Assembly: GCA_016218155.1 (NCBI GenBank)
Contig: JACREQ010000032.1
Location: 195,506-259,505 of the forward strand
DNA from: Bacteroidia bacterium
GTDB taxonomy: Bacteria > Bacteroidota > Bacteroidia > Bacteroidales > GWA2-32-17
Direction of reading: 5' to 3'
DNA length: 64,000 nucleotides
The notes beneath the pieces are model-generated. The model did no database searches, was not told where the DNA came from, and saw only the letters and a program-made list of their open reading frames with translations. How positions within the stretch are numbered: position 1 is the stretch's first letter; every line of letters starts with the position of its first letter. Made by a program: the position numbers and the translations under genes. Shown here one piece after another: positions 9,743 through 18,243 of this stretch.

Positions 9743-12070
9743 TTAATTGATAAACAAAATCTTTGTAATAAAGGTTTTAGATCCATCTTCATTTGAGCAA
9801 AAAACAAGATAAACTCCAGTCTGAACTTTTTCACCATTAAATTTTCTACCGTTCCATGTTGCTTGACCACCTTCTGATTTTGTTTGGTATACAACATTTC
9901 CGACAATATCAGAGATTTTTATATCGGCATTTGATACTAACCCGTTTATTGCAATTATACCATCATATCCTGGTTTTACAGGGTTAGGAAAAACTGTAAC
10001 ATCGTGAAAATATTCTTCCGGCTCAGTTGAAGTTGAGCGGTAAGAAATAATTCCGTTTTCGGTTGCAAAAAATACTTCACCTGATACTGGTTCTATAGCA
10101 ATGCTTATTATGGAATTAGCTAAAAGCGGACTATTTTCTTTAGTAAAGTGCAGAATTTCTTTAGTTCCATCAGGCGACATTAGAAAAGCGCCACCACTTT
10201 CGGTACCAAACCATTTTTGATTTGCGCCGTCAATGGCAATGGCTGTAACAGTTTCGGCTTCCAAAAGATAATTTGCTTGTCCTGGATTTTCATTCGGAAT
10301 TTTTACCTGCTGAGCATAAAAATTGGAATTGAAAACATTTTCGGGATTATAATAAAATGGAACCCCTTTATTTGTTCCTACCCAAATAATGCCATCCTTA
10401 TCAACAGCAATAGAATAAACCGCATTTGATATCACATCGCCATTTTCATCAGAAACACTTATGTATTTTTTTTGATCGTCACTAATATTATCAATTGTTC
10501 CATTTTCGTTAAAGGCAAGTAAACCACGTCCACGTGGCAGAATCATCCATTTTGTTTTGTATTTATCTATAACAATCTTACTAATATCATTTGAAATTGC
10601 TTCACTGTATAATGAGAAACTTTTCCATTGTCCGTTTGGCTTTTTTACACTTAATAAATTTGGATAAATCTGACTACCTGAATTTGTAACCCATAAATTA
10701 TTATCTTCATCAACAACAATACCCCCTATAATAGTTACAAGAAAGCTTGGATCGTAAGGTTGCAAAGTACTATTTGTGTAATCATATTTAGCTACAAAAT
10801 TTCCATTGTTAAATTCGAAAACACCTCCTCCATATGATCCGTAAAACACCTGACTGGAATTATTTGAATTAATTGCAATCTCAGTAATATCAGGTGCTGT
10901 ACTTAGTTCAGGAATTTGATTCGCAGAATAGTTTGTCCATTTTTGGTTTTTAAAACTATAAATTTCACCGTTATTCCATAAATTTCTATAAGAAATATCG
11001 TGCCCACCTGGTACAGCATAAACTTCATTTTTTCCGGCGACTATAGAAAAAGTTGTTTTTTTGCTTGGACCGTTTGGTGTTGTATATTCATAATTATACA
11101 TCCCAGCATTTTGCCAAACTAATCCTAAATTATTATCTGCAATCCAAAGAGTTCCATTATTTGAAAGTTCTGCATCTCTAGGTAAAGAGTTTGTTGTAGG
11201 TGAAAAACCATAATAATTTGTGCCTGTTAAATCATTAAATGAATTATAGGTTCTTAAATGAGAGTAGCTACAAATTATTAATTTATTCCCAGATACAACC
11301 ATGTTGGTGATTTCTTTCATAGATGTGTCAAATTTTGTCCATGAAACATTATCGTATATATAGGTAGTATCTTTGTTCCAACCATTGTTACTGTATGTTG
11401 TTAAAATATGGTTATCGAAATAAACTATGTGGTCAAATTTTTTATCGTGATTTGGAATGTTTGCAATTAAAGACCAGTTTGCAAAATTTACAAGATTTTG
11501 ATTGCTTTCAAGGGCTTTATAAATTCCTGTTGTTGTTGCAGCATATAAATATGTATTATCTGAACACATTTCCAATACATCAATGTAGGTCCCATTTGAG
11601 CCTATATAATATGTATCTTTAATCTCATTTCTATCAACATCAAGTACAATTATTCCAAATCCACAGGATAAATAAGTTTTTCCGTTTATGTAATTAATGT
11701 TATTGATAGATTTGCTACCTGTTATATGTTTTCTAAAAATGTCGGATATGTTATAAACTGTATTGTCTTTAATTAAATCAATATTGCCATTTTCATATCC
11801 TATTACAAGTGTATTTTTTTCCGGTATAAATTGTAATGCACTAATTACAACATCTGATAATCCATTTATCTTAGTAAGAGTAGTTGTAGAATTATCATTT
11901 AATGAATATACAAATAAGCCACCGGTTGACAAGCAATAAACTTTGTCATTTGCAGGTTCTACATTTATTCCGGTTGAATAAGGTAAGTGAGCTCTCCAAT
12001 GACCAACAGCAACCTGACTATTGACTTGAGAAGCAAATAAAATTAAAAAAGCACAAATTAAGTTACGCAT
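9743..12070 (-). CDS. Beta-propeller protein with T9SS C-terminal sorting domain, PorZ-like
   Basis: Signal peptide and two-component-regulator-propeller-like repeats throughout. The C-terminal CTD reads VTVFPNPVKPGYDG...IKISDIVGNVVYQ...GVYLVF. At 775 aa it is close to the ~776-aa P. gingivalis PorZ as I recall it. The PorZ assignment itself is tentative. Confidence 0.55.
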   Translation of the reverse strand: MRNLICAFLILFASQVNSQVAVGHWRAHLPYSTGINVEPANDKVYCLSTGGLFVYSLNDNSTTTLTKINGLSDVVISALQFIPEKNTLVIGYENGNIDLIKDNTVYNISDIFRKHITGSKSINNINYINGKTYLSCGFGIIVLDVDRNEIKDTYYIGSNGTYIDVLEMCSDNTYLYAATTTGIYKALESNQNLVNFANWSLIANIPNHDKKFDHIVYFDNHILTTYSNNGWNKDTTYIYDNVSWTKFDTSMKEITNMVVSGNKLIICSYSHLRTYNSFNDLTGTNYYGFSPTTNSLPRDAELSNNGTLWIADNNLGLVWQNAGMYNYEYTTPNGPSKKTTFSIVAGKNEVYAVPGGHDISYRNLWNNGEIYSFKNQKWTNYSANQIPELSTAPDITEIAINSNNSSQVFYGSYGGGVFEFNNGNFVAKYDYTNSTLQPYDPSFLVTIIGGIVVDEDNNLWVTNSGSQIYPNLLSVKKPNGQWKSFSLYSEAISNDISKIVIDKYKTKWMILPRGRGLLAFNENGTIDNISDDQKKYISVSDENGDVISNAVYSIAVDKDGIIWVGTNKGVPFYYNPENVFNSNFYAQQVKIPNENPGQANYLLEAETVTAIAIDGANQKWFGTESGGAFLMSPDGTKEILHFTKENSPLLANSIISIAIEPVSGEVFFATENGIISYRSTSTEPEEYFHDVTVFPNPVKPGYDGIIAINGLVSNADIKISDIVGNVVYQTKSEGGQATWNGRKFNGEKVQTGVYLVFCSNEDGSKTFITKILFIN

Positions 12071-12126
12071 GTTTACTGATTTAATTTACCAATAACTAAA
12101 AAATCAGATTTTTATTATTAAATCAG

Positions 12127-12174
12127 AAACTTAAATTTTAGCAAATAATGCATTATTTGCTAAAATTTAAGTTT
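12127..12174. repeat. Perfect 48-bp palindrome (24-bp arms, no loop)
   Basis: aaacttaaattttagcaaataatg|cattatttgctaaaatttaagttt. I checked every one of the 24 pairs by hand, and pairing breaks at 12126/12175. It lies between the ilvE stop (12184) and the PorZ-like start (12070). Confidence 0.95.
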
Positions 12175-12183
12175 AAAAAATTA

Positions 12184-13239
12184 TTAATTAAATTCTATTA
12201 CTTCTGTCCAACCATGATTATCGGAAATATTCCCAAACTGAATATCAACAAGAGTGTTATAAAGCTTAGTCGAGATAGGTCCCGGTTTTCCATCTTTACA
12301 AAAATTATAAACTCTGTTTTTATCAGGATCTATAATTTCACCAATAGGGGTAATAATAGCGGCCGTTCCACATGCTCCCACTTCTTCAAAACTATCTAAT
12401 TCGTCGATGTCAATAGGTCTTCTGATAGTTTTTAATCCTAGATCATTTGCTAAATCAATTAAACTCATATTTGTTATTGAAGGTAAAATTGATTCAGATT
12501 TTGTTGTTATATAAGTGTTATCCTTAACAGCAAAAAAGTTAGCAGCGCCAATTTCATCGATATATTTTTTTTCTTTAGAATCAAGATATAATGGAGAACC
12601 GCAACCTAAGTCGTGTGCTTTTGCAATACCTCTTAAGCTTGCTGCGTAGTTTCCGCCTACCTTTAATGTTCCTGTGCCAAGTGGAGCTGCTCTGTCACTG
12701 TCTCTTACTATCGCAATTTTTACAGGATTAAAGCCTTCTTTAAAATATGGTCCAACCGGGCTAACAAATACTATAAATGTATACTCTGAAGAAGGTTTTA
12801 CACCAATTTCGCCACCAGAGCCAAATAACAATGGTCTGATATATAGTGCTGCGCCTGTTCCAAATGGAGGTATAAATTTTTTGTTTAATTGAATAGCCTT
12901 AACTACAGCTTCATGAAAAAGTTCATCAGGAACTTCTGCCATAAATGTACCTTTAGCAGAACGTTGCATTCTTTTTGCATTTTCTATCCACCTAAATATG
13001 CGCACTTTGCCGTCTTTTCCCATATATGCTTTCATGCCTTCAAAAGCTTCCTGTCCGTAATGTAAACCGGTAGCTGATATGTGAATAGGCATATATTCGG
13101 AATCTGAGACTTCCAGTTTGCTCCAAGATCCATTTTTGTAAACGCTTCTAACATTAAAGTCAGTTTTCAGATACCCAAATGGTAATTTCCCCCAATCAAT
13201 GTTTTCCATAGATTCTATTTCTAAAGTTTTTTGTAACAT
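12184..13239 (-). CDS. ilvE: Branched-chain amino acid aminotransferase (fold type IV)
   Basis: Motifs HYGQEAFEGMKAY (catalytic Lys region), IRPLLFGSG, GGNYAASL, GAANFF and ACGTAA, at ~350 aa. An alternative start is Met at 13209. Confidence 0.85.
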   Translation of the reverse strand: MLQKTLEIESMENIDWGKLPFGYLKTDFNVRSVYKNGSWSKLEVSDSEYMPIHISATGLHYGQEAFEGMKAYMGKDGKVRIFRWIENAKRMQRSAKGTFMAEVPDELFHEAVVKAIQLNKKFIPPFGTGAALYIRPLLFGSGGEIGVKPSSEYTFIVFVSPVGPYFKEGFNPVKIAIVRDSDRAAPLGTGTLKVGGNYAASLRGIAKAHDLGCGSPLYLDSKEKKYIDEIGAANFFAVKDNTYITTKSESILPSITNMSLIDLANDLGLKTIRRPIDIDELDSFEEVGACGTAAIITPIGEIIDPDKNRVYNFCKDGKPGPISTKLYNTLVDIQFGNISDNHGWTEVIEFN

Positions 13240-13293
13240 AACAATGTTATTAAAGAATTTTTAAATGAAATGTGGCTAGAAACCTGAAGTCTT

Positions 13294-13680
13294 TTAGTCT
13301 TCTACTTCCAATGGTACAAAAGTAAAAGGCACTTTGATTATTTCTGAATATTCTTCGCCTACATCAAACATGTCTTCATCATCTACAAGGTATTGCCAAA
13401 CTACTTCAACTTTGTGACCAGCTGTTACTGCATTTTCTAAAACTAAGAATAGCGAAAGAAGTGATTTGGATGAAGCTGTATTTAAGTAATCTAGGTTAAA
13501 AACCAGAATGGTTTTTGGATTTGGGTTTTGAAAATATTTGTCGAACCATTCAAAAACTGGTTCATAAAAAGTGTTTACATCTTCTGGTAAGCTTTTACCT
13601 GATATCTCAAATTGATTATTGTCTTTGTTAAGAATAATCTGAGGAGTATCATTTGTTGATTTAATATTTAGTGCTTCCAT
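13294..13680 (-). CDS. SiaC-like / DUF1987 small regulatory phosphoprotein
   Basis: 128 aa. ...TPQIILNKDNNQFEISGKSLPEDVNTFYEPVFEWFDKY...FNLDYLNTASSKSLLSLF... matches the DUF1987 pattern. Thr68 sits in a Thr/Ser cluster. Confidence 0.65.
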   Translation of the reverse strand: MEALNIKSTNDTPQIILNKDNNQFEISGKSLPEDVNTFYEPVFEWFDKYFQNPNPKTILVFNLDYLNTASSKSLLSLFLVLENAVTAGHKVEVVWQYLVDDEDMFDVGEEYSEIIKVPFTFVPLEVED

Positions 13681-13687
13681 AGGATAA

Positions 13688-14263
13688 TCATTTAGTTATA
13701 GTGATTTTTAATGCAAAAAAAGAAAGTTCACCTTCTAATGGAAAGAAAGCAAAGTGCAGTGGATTTCCGGTTTTTCTTGACATGTCGATAAAACCCAAAC
13801 CAGCACCACCTTTTTCTGACAACATTCCATTTTCAAGTTGTTTTTTATATAAATGTCTAAGATCTTCTTTTTTCCTAGATTGTAAATTATTTATTATAAC
13901 TGTTAGGGCTTCCATTTGTTTTTTATCAACCGGATTACCAGCTAAAATACAATATGAGTCTGGGTATTCAGCAACTAAAATGGCTCCTTTTTTTGTTAAA
14001 TAATTTTCTGTTACAGCAAATTCCAGAGCATGTTTATCAATATTCTGAAGGCACTCAATCATTACATTAAACAATTTTTTCTGAATCATTCGATTCTCTG
14101 CATTATCAATAAGATGCTTTTCTGTTGTGAAAGTCAATGCCTTGGTAATTTCATGGTTAACTTCACCTTCGTAAAATAAAATAGTGTTTGAAATAAGAAC
14201 TGTAGGTTCAAATTCCTTTAACAATGAGAGAAAAGAAAGTTGGTTAGATGTTTCAACAGCCAT
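13688..14263 (-). CDS. SiaB-like GHKL-fold protein kinase (anti-sigma-factor-like ATPase)
   Basis: 191 aa. It has an N-box-like NVMIECLQNIDKHA and a G2-box-like EKGGAGLGFIDMSRKTG. It sits 7 nt upstream of the DUF1987 gene, as in siaB-siaC pairs. Confidence 0.55.
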   Translation of the reverse strand: MAVETSNQLSFLSLLKEFEPTVLISNTILFYEGEVNHEITKALTFTTEKHLIDNAENRMIQKKLFNVMIECLQNIDKHALEFAVTENYLTKKGAILVAEYPDSYCILAGNPVDKKQMEALTVIINNLQSRKKEDLRHLYKKQLENGMLSEKGGAGLGFIDMSRKTGNPLHFAFFPLEGELSFFALKITITK

Positions 14264-14315
14264 CTTTCGTATAATTTTGGCTTAAAGTTATAGAAAAGTT
14301 TTTAAATAAGGGTAA

Positions 14316-14888
14316 TCAAATGTTATATGATATAAAATTTTGTATTTCTTTAATAATTTCTTTTACTGTAAGTATTTTATCTGTACTCTTATTATTAATA
14401 CACGATAATGGCATTACAGATACTTCACATTCATCTGGTTCTTGTGCTATAGTTGAACCTCTATTTTCTTTTATTTTAAGAAATCCATTTGCGCCGTCAT
14501 CATTGGCTCCCGATAAAATTATACCAAGTAAGTTATTATTATAGTACTCTGCTGCTGTAAAAAAAGCTAAATCAATTGAAGGTCTTGAATGATTTATTTC
14601 TTCTTCTACTGATAGCCCAATGCTTCCATTTTTTAAAATGTACATATGGTAATTGGCTGGAGCAATGTAAATGTTATTGTTTTCAATAACTTCTTTATCA
14701 TTAGGTTCAATTATTTTTAAAGAGGAATTAATTTGCAGTGTTTCTGCAAAGCCTTTTCTTGCAGAACGTAGTCTATGTAAGCAAATAAATATGGGCATGT
14801 CGATTTTCTTAGGAAGTATTGAAATTATTTTCATTACAATTTTAAAACTTCCAGCCGAACCACCTATAATTATTGTTTTATTTGTCAT
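14316..14888 (-). CDS. cheB: CheB-type protein-glutamate methylesterase domain, stand-alone (no receiver domain)
   Basis: Motifs IIIGGSAGS (Ser11), FICLHRL (His38) and ILSGANDDG (Asp131). The spacing (27 and 93 residues) is close to the CheB Ser164/His190/Asp286 triad. The gene overlaps the upstream gene by 4 nt. Confidence 0.75.
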   Translation of the reverse strand: MTNKTIIIGGSAGSFKIVMKIISILPKKIDMPIFICLHRLRSARKGFAETLQINSSLKIIEPNDKEVIENNNIYIAPANYHMYILKNGSIGLSVEEEINHSRPSIDLAFFTAAEYYNNNLLGIILSGANDDGANGFLKIKENRGSTIAQEPDECEVSVMPLSCINNKSTDKILTVKEIIKEIQNFISYNI

Positions 14889-15730
14889 TTGCTTTTTTTA
14901 CAAAAAATTTTTTCATTATTTGAAATAACATTAAACATAGTAGAAAATTCTTTGGGTAAATTTTCATTTGTACCAATAACAAAATAGCCTTTTGGTTTTA
15001 TTAGTGATATAATATCTTTAAAAACAGAATAGGTGTTTACATCGGAATAAACTAAAGTTTTATTTCTGCATATCACTAAATCATATTCAACTTTATTAGA
15101 TATATGGTCTTTGTAGTTTAATATATGCACGTTGTTGGTTAAATAATCCTTTTTAAATGATAATATGTTGTTATTTAATTCAAGATATTTTGTAACGTCT
15201 TTATTTAAAGTTAGTACCTTAAAATTTAATAAAGAAGACCGGTTTTTTGGTTGAGCCAGTATTCCTTCATTAATTTTACTTATAGAAAAATTTGATGGAC
15301 TTGATATGTGAACATTAATATTATTATTAGGAAAATATTCGTTAAGCAGAATTAACATGCTATAAAGTTCTTCCCCAGTAGTAGCATTATAAATTAATAT
15401 TTTTGAATTTTCTTTAATTAAAATTTCTTTTAAAATTTTATCGCGTAAATATATCCAAGTGTCTGTATCACGAAATAATTCGTTTTCACCCGGAAATAAG
15501 AATCCGGTTAAAATATCTATTTTCTCAGTATCTAATAATGCTGGTTTCTCAATTACTTGCTCAGGTAATAATTTAAGAAAAGAAAATGCATCTGATAATC
15601 TTTTTCTTAAAACAAAATTATCAAATTGATTTAGATCAAAATATAATTTGTCTGAAATAATTTCTTTAATCGCCTGAACTATATCTTCATTAAGAATATT
15701 GAGAGTTGTGTTATAGTTTTTCTTTAACAT
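14885..15730 (-). CDS. CheR-fold paralog with degenerate SAM-binding motifs
   Basis: Colinear with CheR (ELFRDTDTW, TGEELYSMLILL, DLVICRN). However AGC-S/T-GEE is NATTGEE, GTDI is ISSPS and CRNVLIYF is CRNKTLVYS. Confidence 0.55.
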   Translation of the reverse strand: MLKKNYNTTLNILNEDIVQAIKEIISDKLYFDLNQFDNFVLRKRLSDAFSFLKLLPEQVIEKPALLDTEKIDILTGFLFPGENELFRDTDTWIYLRDKILKEILIKENSKILIYNATTGEELYSMLILLNEYFPNNNINVHISSPSNFSISKINEGILAQPKNRSSLLNFKVLTLNKDVTKYLELNNNILSFKKDYLTNNVHILNYKDHISNKVEYDLVICRNKTLVYSDVNTYSVFKDIISLIKPKGYFVIGTNENLPKEFSTMFNVISNNEKIFCKKSK

Positions 15731-15738
15731 ATAATTGA

Positions 15739-16578
15739 TTACATGTTTAAAGGCTTTTTAATGTAACATTGTCCTTTTTTAGTAAATTTAGAAGATGCTG
15801 GTCCCATAATACTTTCATGAAGACCAATTACTAAAAATCCATCATCATTCAGATTCTCCCAGAATAAATCAAATATTTTATTTTGCAAGTTGTTGTTAAA
15901 ATAAATTAAAACGTTTCTACATATTATAAAATCGAACTTTTTGCCAAAAATATTTTTGTCTTTAACTAAGTCATGTTTTAAGAATGAAGCTTTGTTTAAT
16001 AAAAATGGTTTAATTCTAATAGTATCTTTAGCCTGATCAATATCCATATATTTAGAATATGGAATTTTCTCTTTCTCGGAGATTGTATTTAACACCTGAT
16101 CAAAATTGGGCAGATATTCTACATTAAAGCGGTATTTGTAATTGCCTTTTGCTGCTTCTTCTAATATTTCGGTATTTATATCAGTGCCAATAGTGTTAGT
16201 TTTTTCAAGTAATCCGTTTTCGTTCATAAACATTAACATCGAGTACAATTCTTGTCCTGATGAACATCCTGCATGCCATAAATTAATCGAATCAAGAGTT
16301 TTTAGTTTGGGTATAATTTCTTTTTGAATTTCGAGCCAAACTTTTGGGTCTCTAAAAAGCTCAGTAGTATTAACAGTTATGTCGCGAACAATTTTTTCTA
16401 AGAAAGTAGAGTTGTTTTTTGCTTTCTTAATTATTTCGGTTAATGTGCAATTGTTATCATTTACAATTTTTTCCATTCTTCTTCTAAACGATTTCTCGGA
16501 GTAATCAGAAAAATTATAAGTAGAAAGTGATGCAAAGATTTCTATAAACTCTTTTATTTCCTCGTCACGAATTTCCAT
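15739..16578 (-). CDS. cheR: CheR-type protein-glutamate O-methyltransferase
   Basis: Motifs TELFRDPKVW, LWHAGCSSGQELYSM, IGTDIN and FDFIICRNVLIYF, with a canonical N-terminal helical domain plus SAM-binding domain. Confidence 0.85.
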   Translation of the reverse strand: MEIRDEEIKEFIEIFASLSTYNFSDYSEKSFRRRMEKIVNDNNCTLTEIIKKAKNNSTFLEKIVRDITVNTTELFRDPKVWLEIQKEIIPKLKTLDSINLWHAGCSSGQELYSMLMFMNENGLLEKTNTIGTDINTEILEEAAKGNYKYRFNVEYLPNFDQVLNTISEKEKIPYSKYMDIDQAKDTIRIKPFLLNKASFLKHDLVKDKNIFGKKFDFIICRNVLIYFNNNLQNKIFDLFWENLNDDGFLVIGLHESIMGPASSKFTKKGQCYIKKPLNM

Positions 16579-16756
16579 TGAAAAGCATTTAACTGTTCAA
16601 AAATACTATTTAAAAATAAACTCCAATCAATTACATTAATAACTTTTTTACTATTTTATATTTTCTCAACAAAATCAGCAAATTAAGCAGTTAAATATTT
16701 TTTGTAAAAAAACTCAAAAACTCAAAATCTTAAAAATTTTCAGGAAAAAAAATTTC

Positions 16757-16764
16757 TATCTTTG
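16757..16764 (+). promoter_or_regulatory. Candidate -7 promoter box (TATCTTTG) for purQ
   Basis: TAnnTTTG match 25 nt upstream of ATG 16789. Confidence 0.35.
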
Positions 16765-16788
16765 AAACAAAGCAAAAAAATATTTTAC

Positions 16789-17478
16789 ATGAAATTTGGA
16801 GTTGTTATTTTTCCGGGATCTAATTGTGATCATGATATGATTTATGTTCTTAAAGATATTATGAAGCAGGATGTTACTGAGCTTTGGCACAAGGATACAA
16901 GTTTAAAGAAAGTTGACGCTGTAATTTTTCCCGGTGGTTTTTCATTTGGCGATTATCTTCGTTCAGGTGCTATAGCCAGATTTTCTCCGATTATGGAAAA
17001 AGTAATAACATTTGCCGAAAACGGAGGATTTGTTTTTGGTGTTTGTAACGGATTTCAGATTCTTTGTGAAACACAATTATTACCAGGTGCTTTATTAGCA
17101 AATACAAATCAAAAATTTATTTGTAAAAACACATTTATTAAAGCAAGTAACAATAATACTGCTGTTACCAAATTAATTAAAAAAGATTCTGCGCTTAAAA
17201 TACCTATTGCACACGGGGAGGGGAGATACTATGCAGATAGCGAAACGCTGAAGTCAATGAGATTAAATGAGCAGATTCTTTTCAGGTATTGCGATGAAAC
17301 CGGAAATATCGGATGCGAGGCAAATCCTAATGGTTCAATAGAAAATATCGCAGGTATTTGTAATGCAAAGAAAAATGTTTTTGGCATGATGCCACATCCT
17401 GAGAGAGCTTCTGATAAAGAACTTTCAAATACAGATGGCAAAATTATTTTTGAATCAATTCTTGCAAGTTTTAATTAA
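16789..17478 (+). CDS. purQ: Phosphoribosylformylglycinamidine synthase, glutaminase subunit
   Basis: Motifs MKFGVVIFPGSNCDHD, GGFSFGDYLR, GVCNGFQIL (nucleophile Cys) and MMPHPER. The track start 16762 is TTG, and ATG 16789 gives the usual N-terminus. Confidence 0.9.
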   Translation: MKFGVVIFPGSNCDHDMIYVLKDIMKQDVTELWHKDTSLKKVDAVIFPGGFSFGDYLRSGAIARFSPIMEKVITFAENGGFVFGVCNGFQILCETQLLPGALLANTNQKFICKNTFIKASNNNTAVTKLIKKDSALKIPIAHGEGRYYADSETLKSMRLNEQILFRYCDETGNIGCEANPNGSIENIAGICNAKKNVFGMMPHPERASDKELSNTDGKIIFESILASFN

Positions 17479-17481
17479 ACT

Positions 17482-18240
17482 TTAACCCCGTTTTTGTTTA
17501 ATCATTTTTGTTAATTCTGCTGCAAAAATAAAGTCGTTAAGTTCTTTATTGTCAGTGTCGAATATTTGTGTTTTGTCACCTTCCCACCATTTGTGCCCTT
17601 TATAAATGTAAACTACTTTATCCCCTATCTCCATAACTGAGTTCATGTCATGCGTATTTACAATAGTTGTTATCTGATACTCTTCAGTTATTTCTTTAAT
17701 AAGGTTATCAATAAGTATTGAAGTAACAGGATCTAAACCTGAGTTTGGTTCATCGCAGAAAAGGTATTTAGGATTTAAGGCAATTGCCCTTGCTATTGCA
17801 ACACGTTTTTTCATTCCACCACTAATTTCAGATGGAAATAATTTGTTTTTATTTATAATATCTACTCTTTTTAAACAGAAATTAGCTCTTTCTAATTTAT
17901 CAGATTGTGATAATTTAGAAAACATCTGAAGAGGAAACATTACATTCTGAATAACTGATAATGAGTCGAATAAAGCACCTCCTTGAAAAACCATTCCAAA
18001 CTCTTGTCTTACAAGTTTTCTTTCATTAAAACTCATTGTTGTAAAATTTCTATCATCAAAATTTATACTTCCCTCATCTACTTCGTGAAGCCCAACAAGA
18101 GTTTTAAGTAAAACAGTTTTTCCTGATCCACTTTGACCTATTACTAAATTTGTTTTACCGGTTTCGAAAACAATGTTTATGTCGTCCAGAACCTTATAAC
18201 CATCTTCAAATTGTTTACTAATATTTTTAACTTCAATCAT
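17482..18240 (-). CDS. mlaF: ABC transporter ATP-binding protein, MlaF-like
   Basis: Walker A GQSGSGKT, signature SGGMKKRV and Walker B LFCDEP. It lies immediately downstream of an MlaE-type permease. Confidence 0.7.
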   Translation of the reverse strand: MIEVKNISKQFEDGYKVLDDINIVFETGKTNLVIGQSGSGKTVLLKTLVGLHEVDEGSINFDDRNFTTMSFNERKLVRQEFGMVFQGGALFDSLSVIQNVMFPLQMFSKLSQSDKLERANFCLKRVDIINKNKLFPSEISGGMKKRVAIARAIALNPKYLFCDEPNSGLDPVTSILIDNLIKEITEEYQITTIVNTHDMNSVMEIGDKVVYIYKGHKWWEGDKTQIFDTDNKELNDFIFAAELTKMIKQKRG

Positions 18241-18243
18241 ATT

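Noticed and set aside
12148-12399. ORF 12148-12399 (+).
   Set aside because: Its ATG is the centre of the 48-bp palindrome (aATGcatt), and the rest is antisense to ilvE.
13294-16578. Reading the CheR/CheB genes as evidence for a conventional flagellar chemotaxis pathway.
   Set aside because: No MCP, cheA, cheW, cheY or flagellar gene is in the window. CheB lacks its receiver domain, and the context is gliding/T9SS. A canonical pathway elsewhere in the genome cannot be excluded from this window alone.
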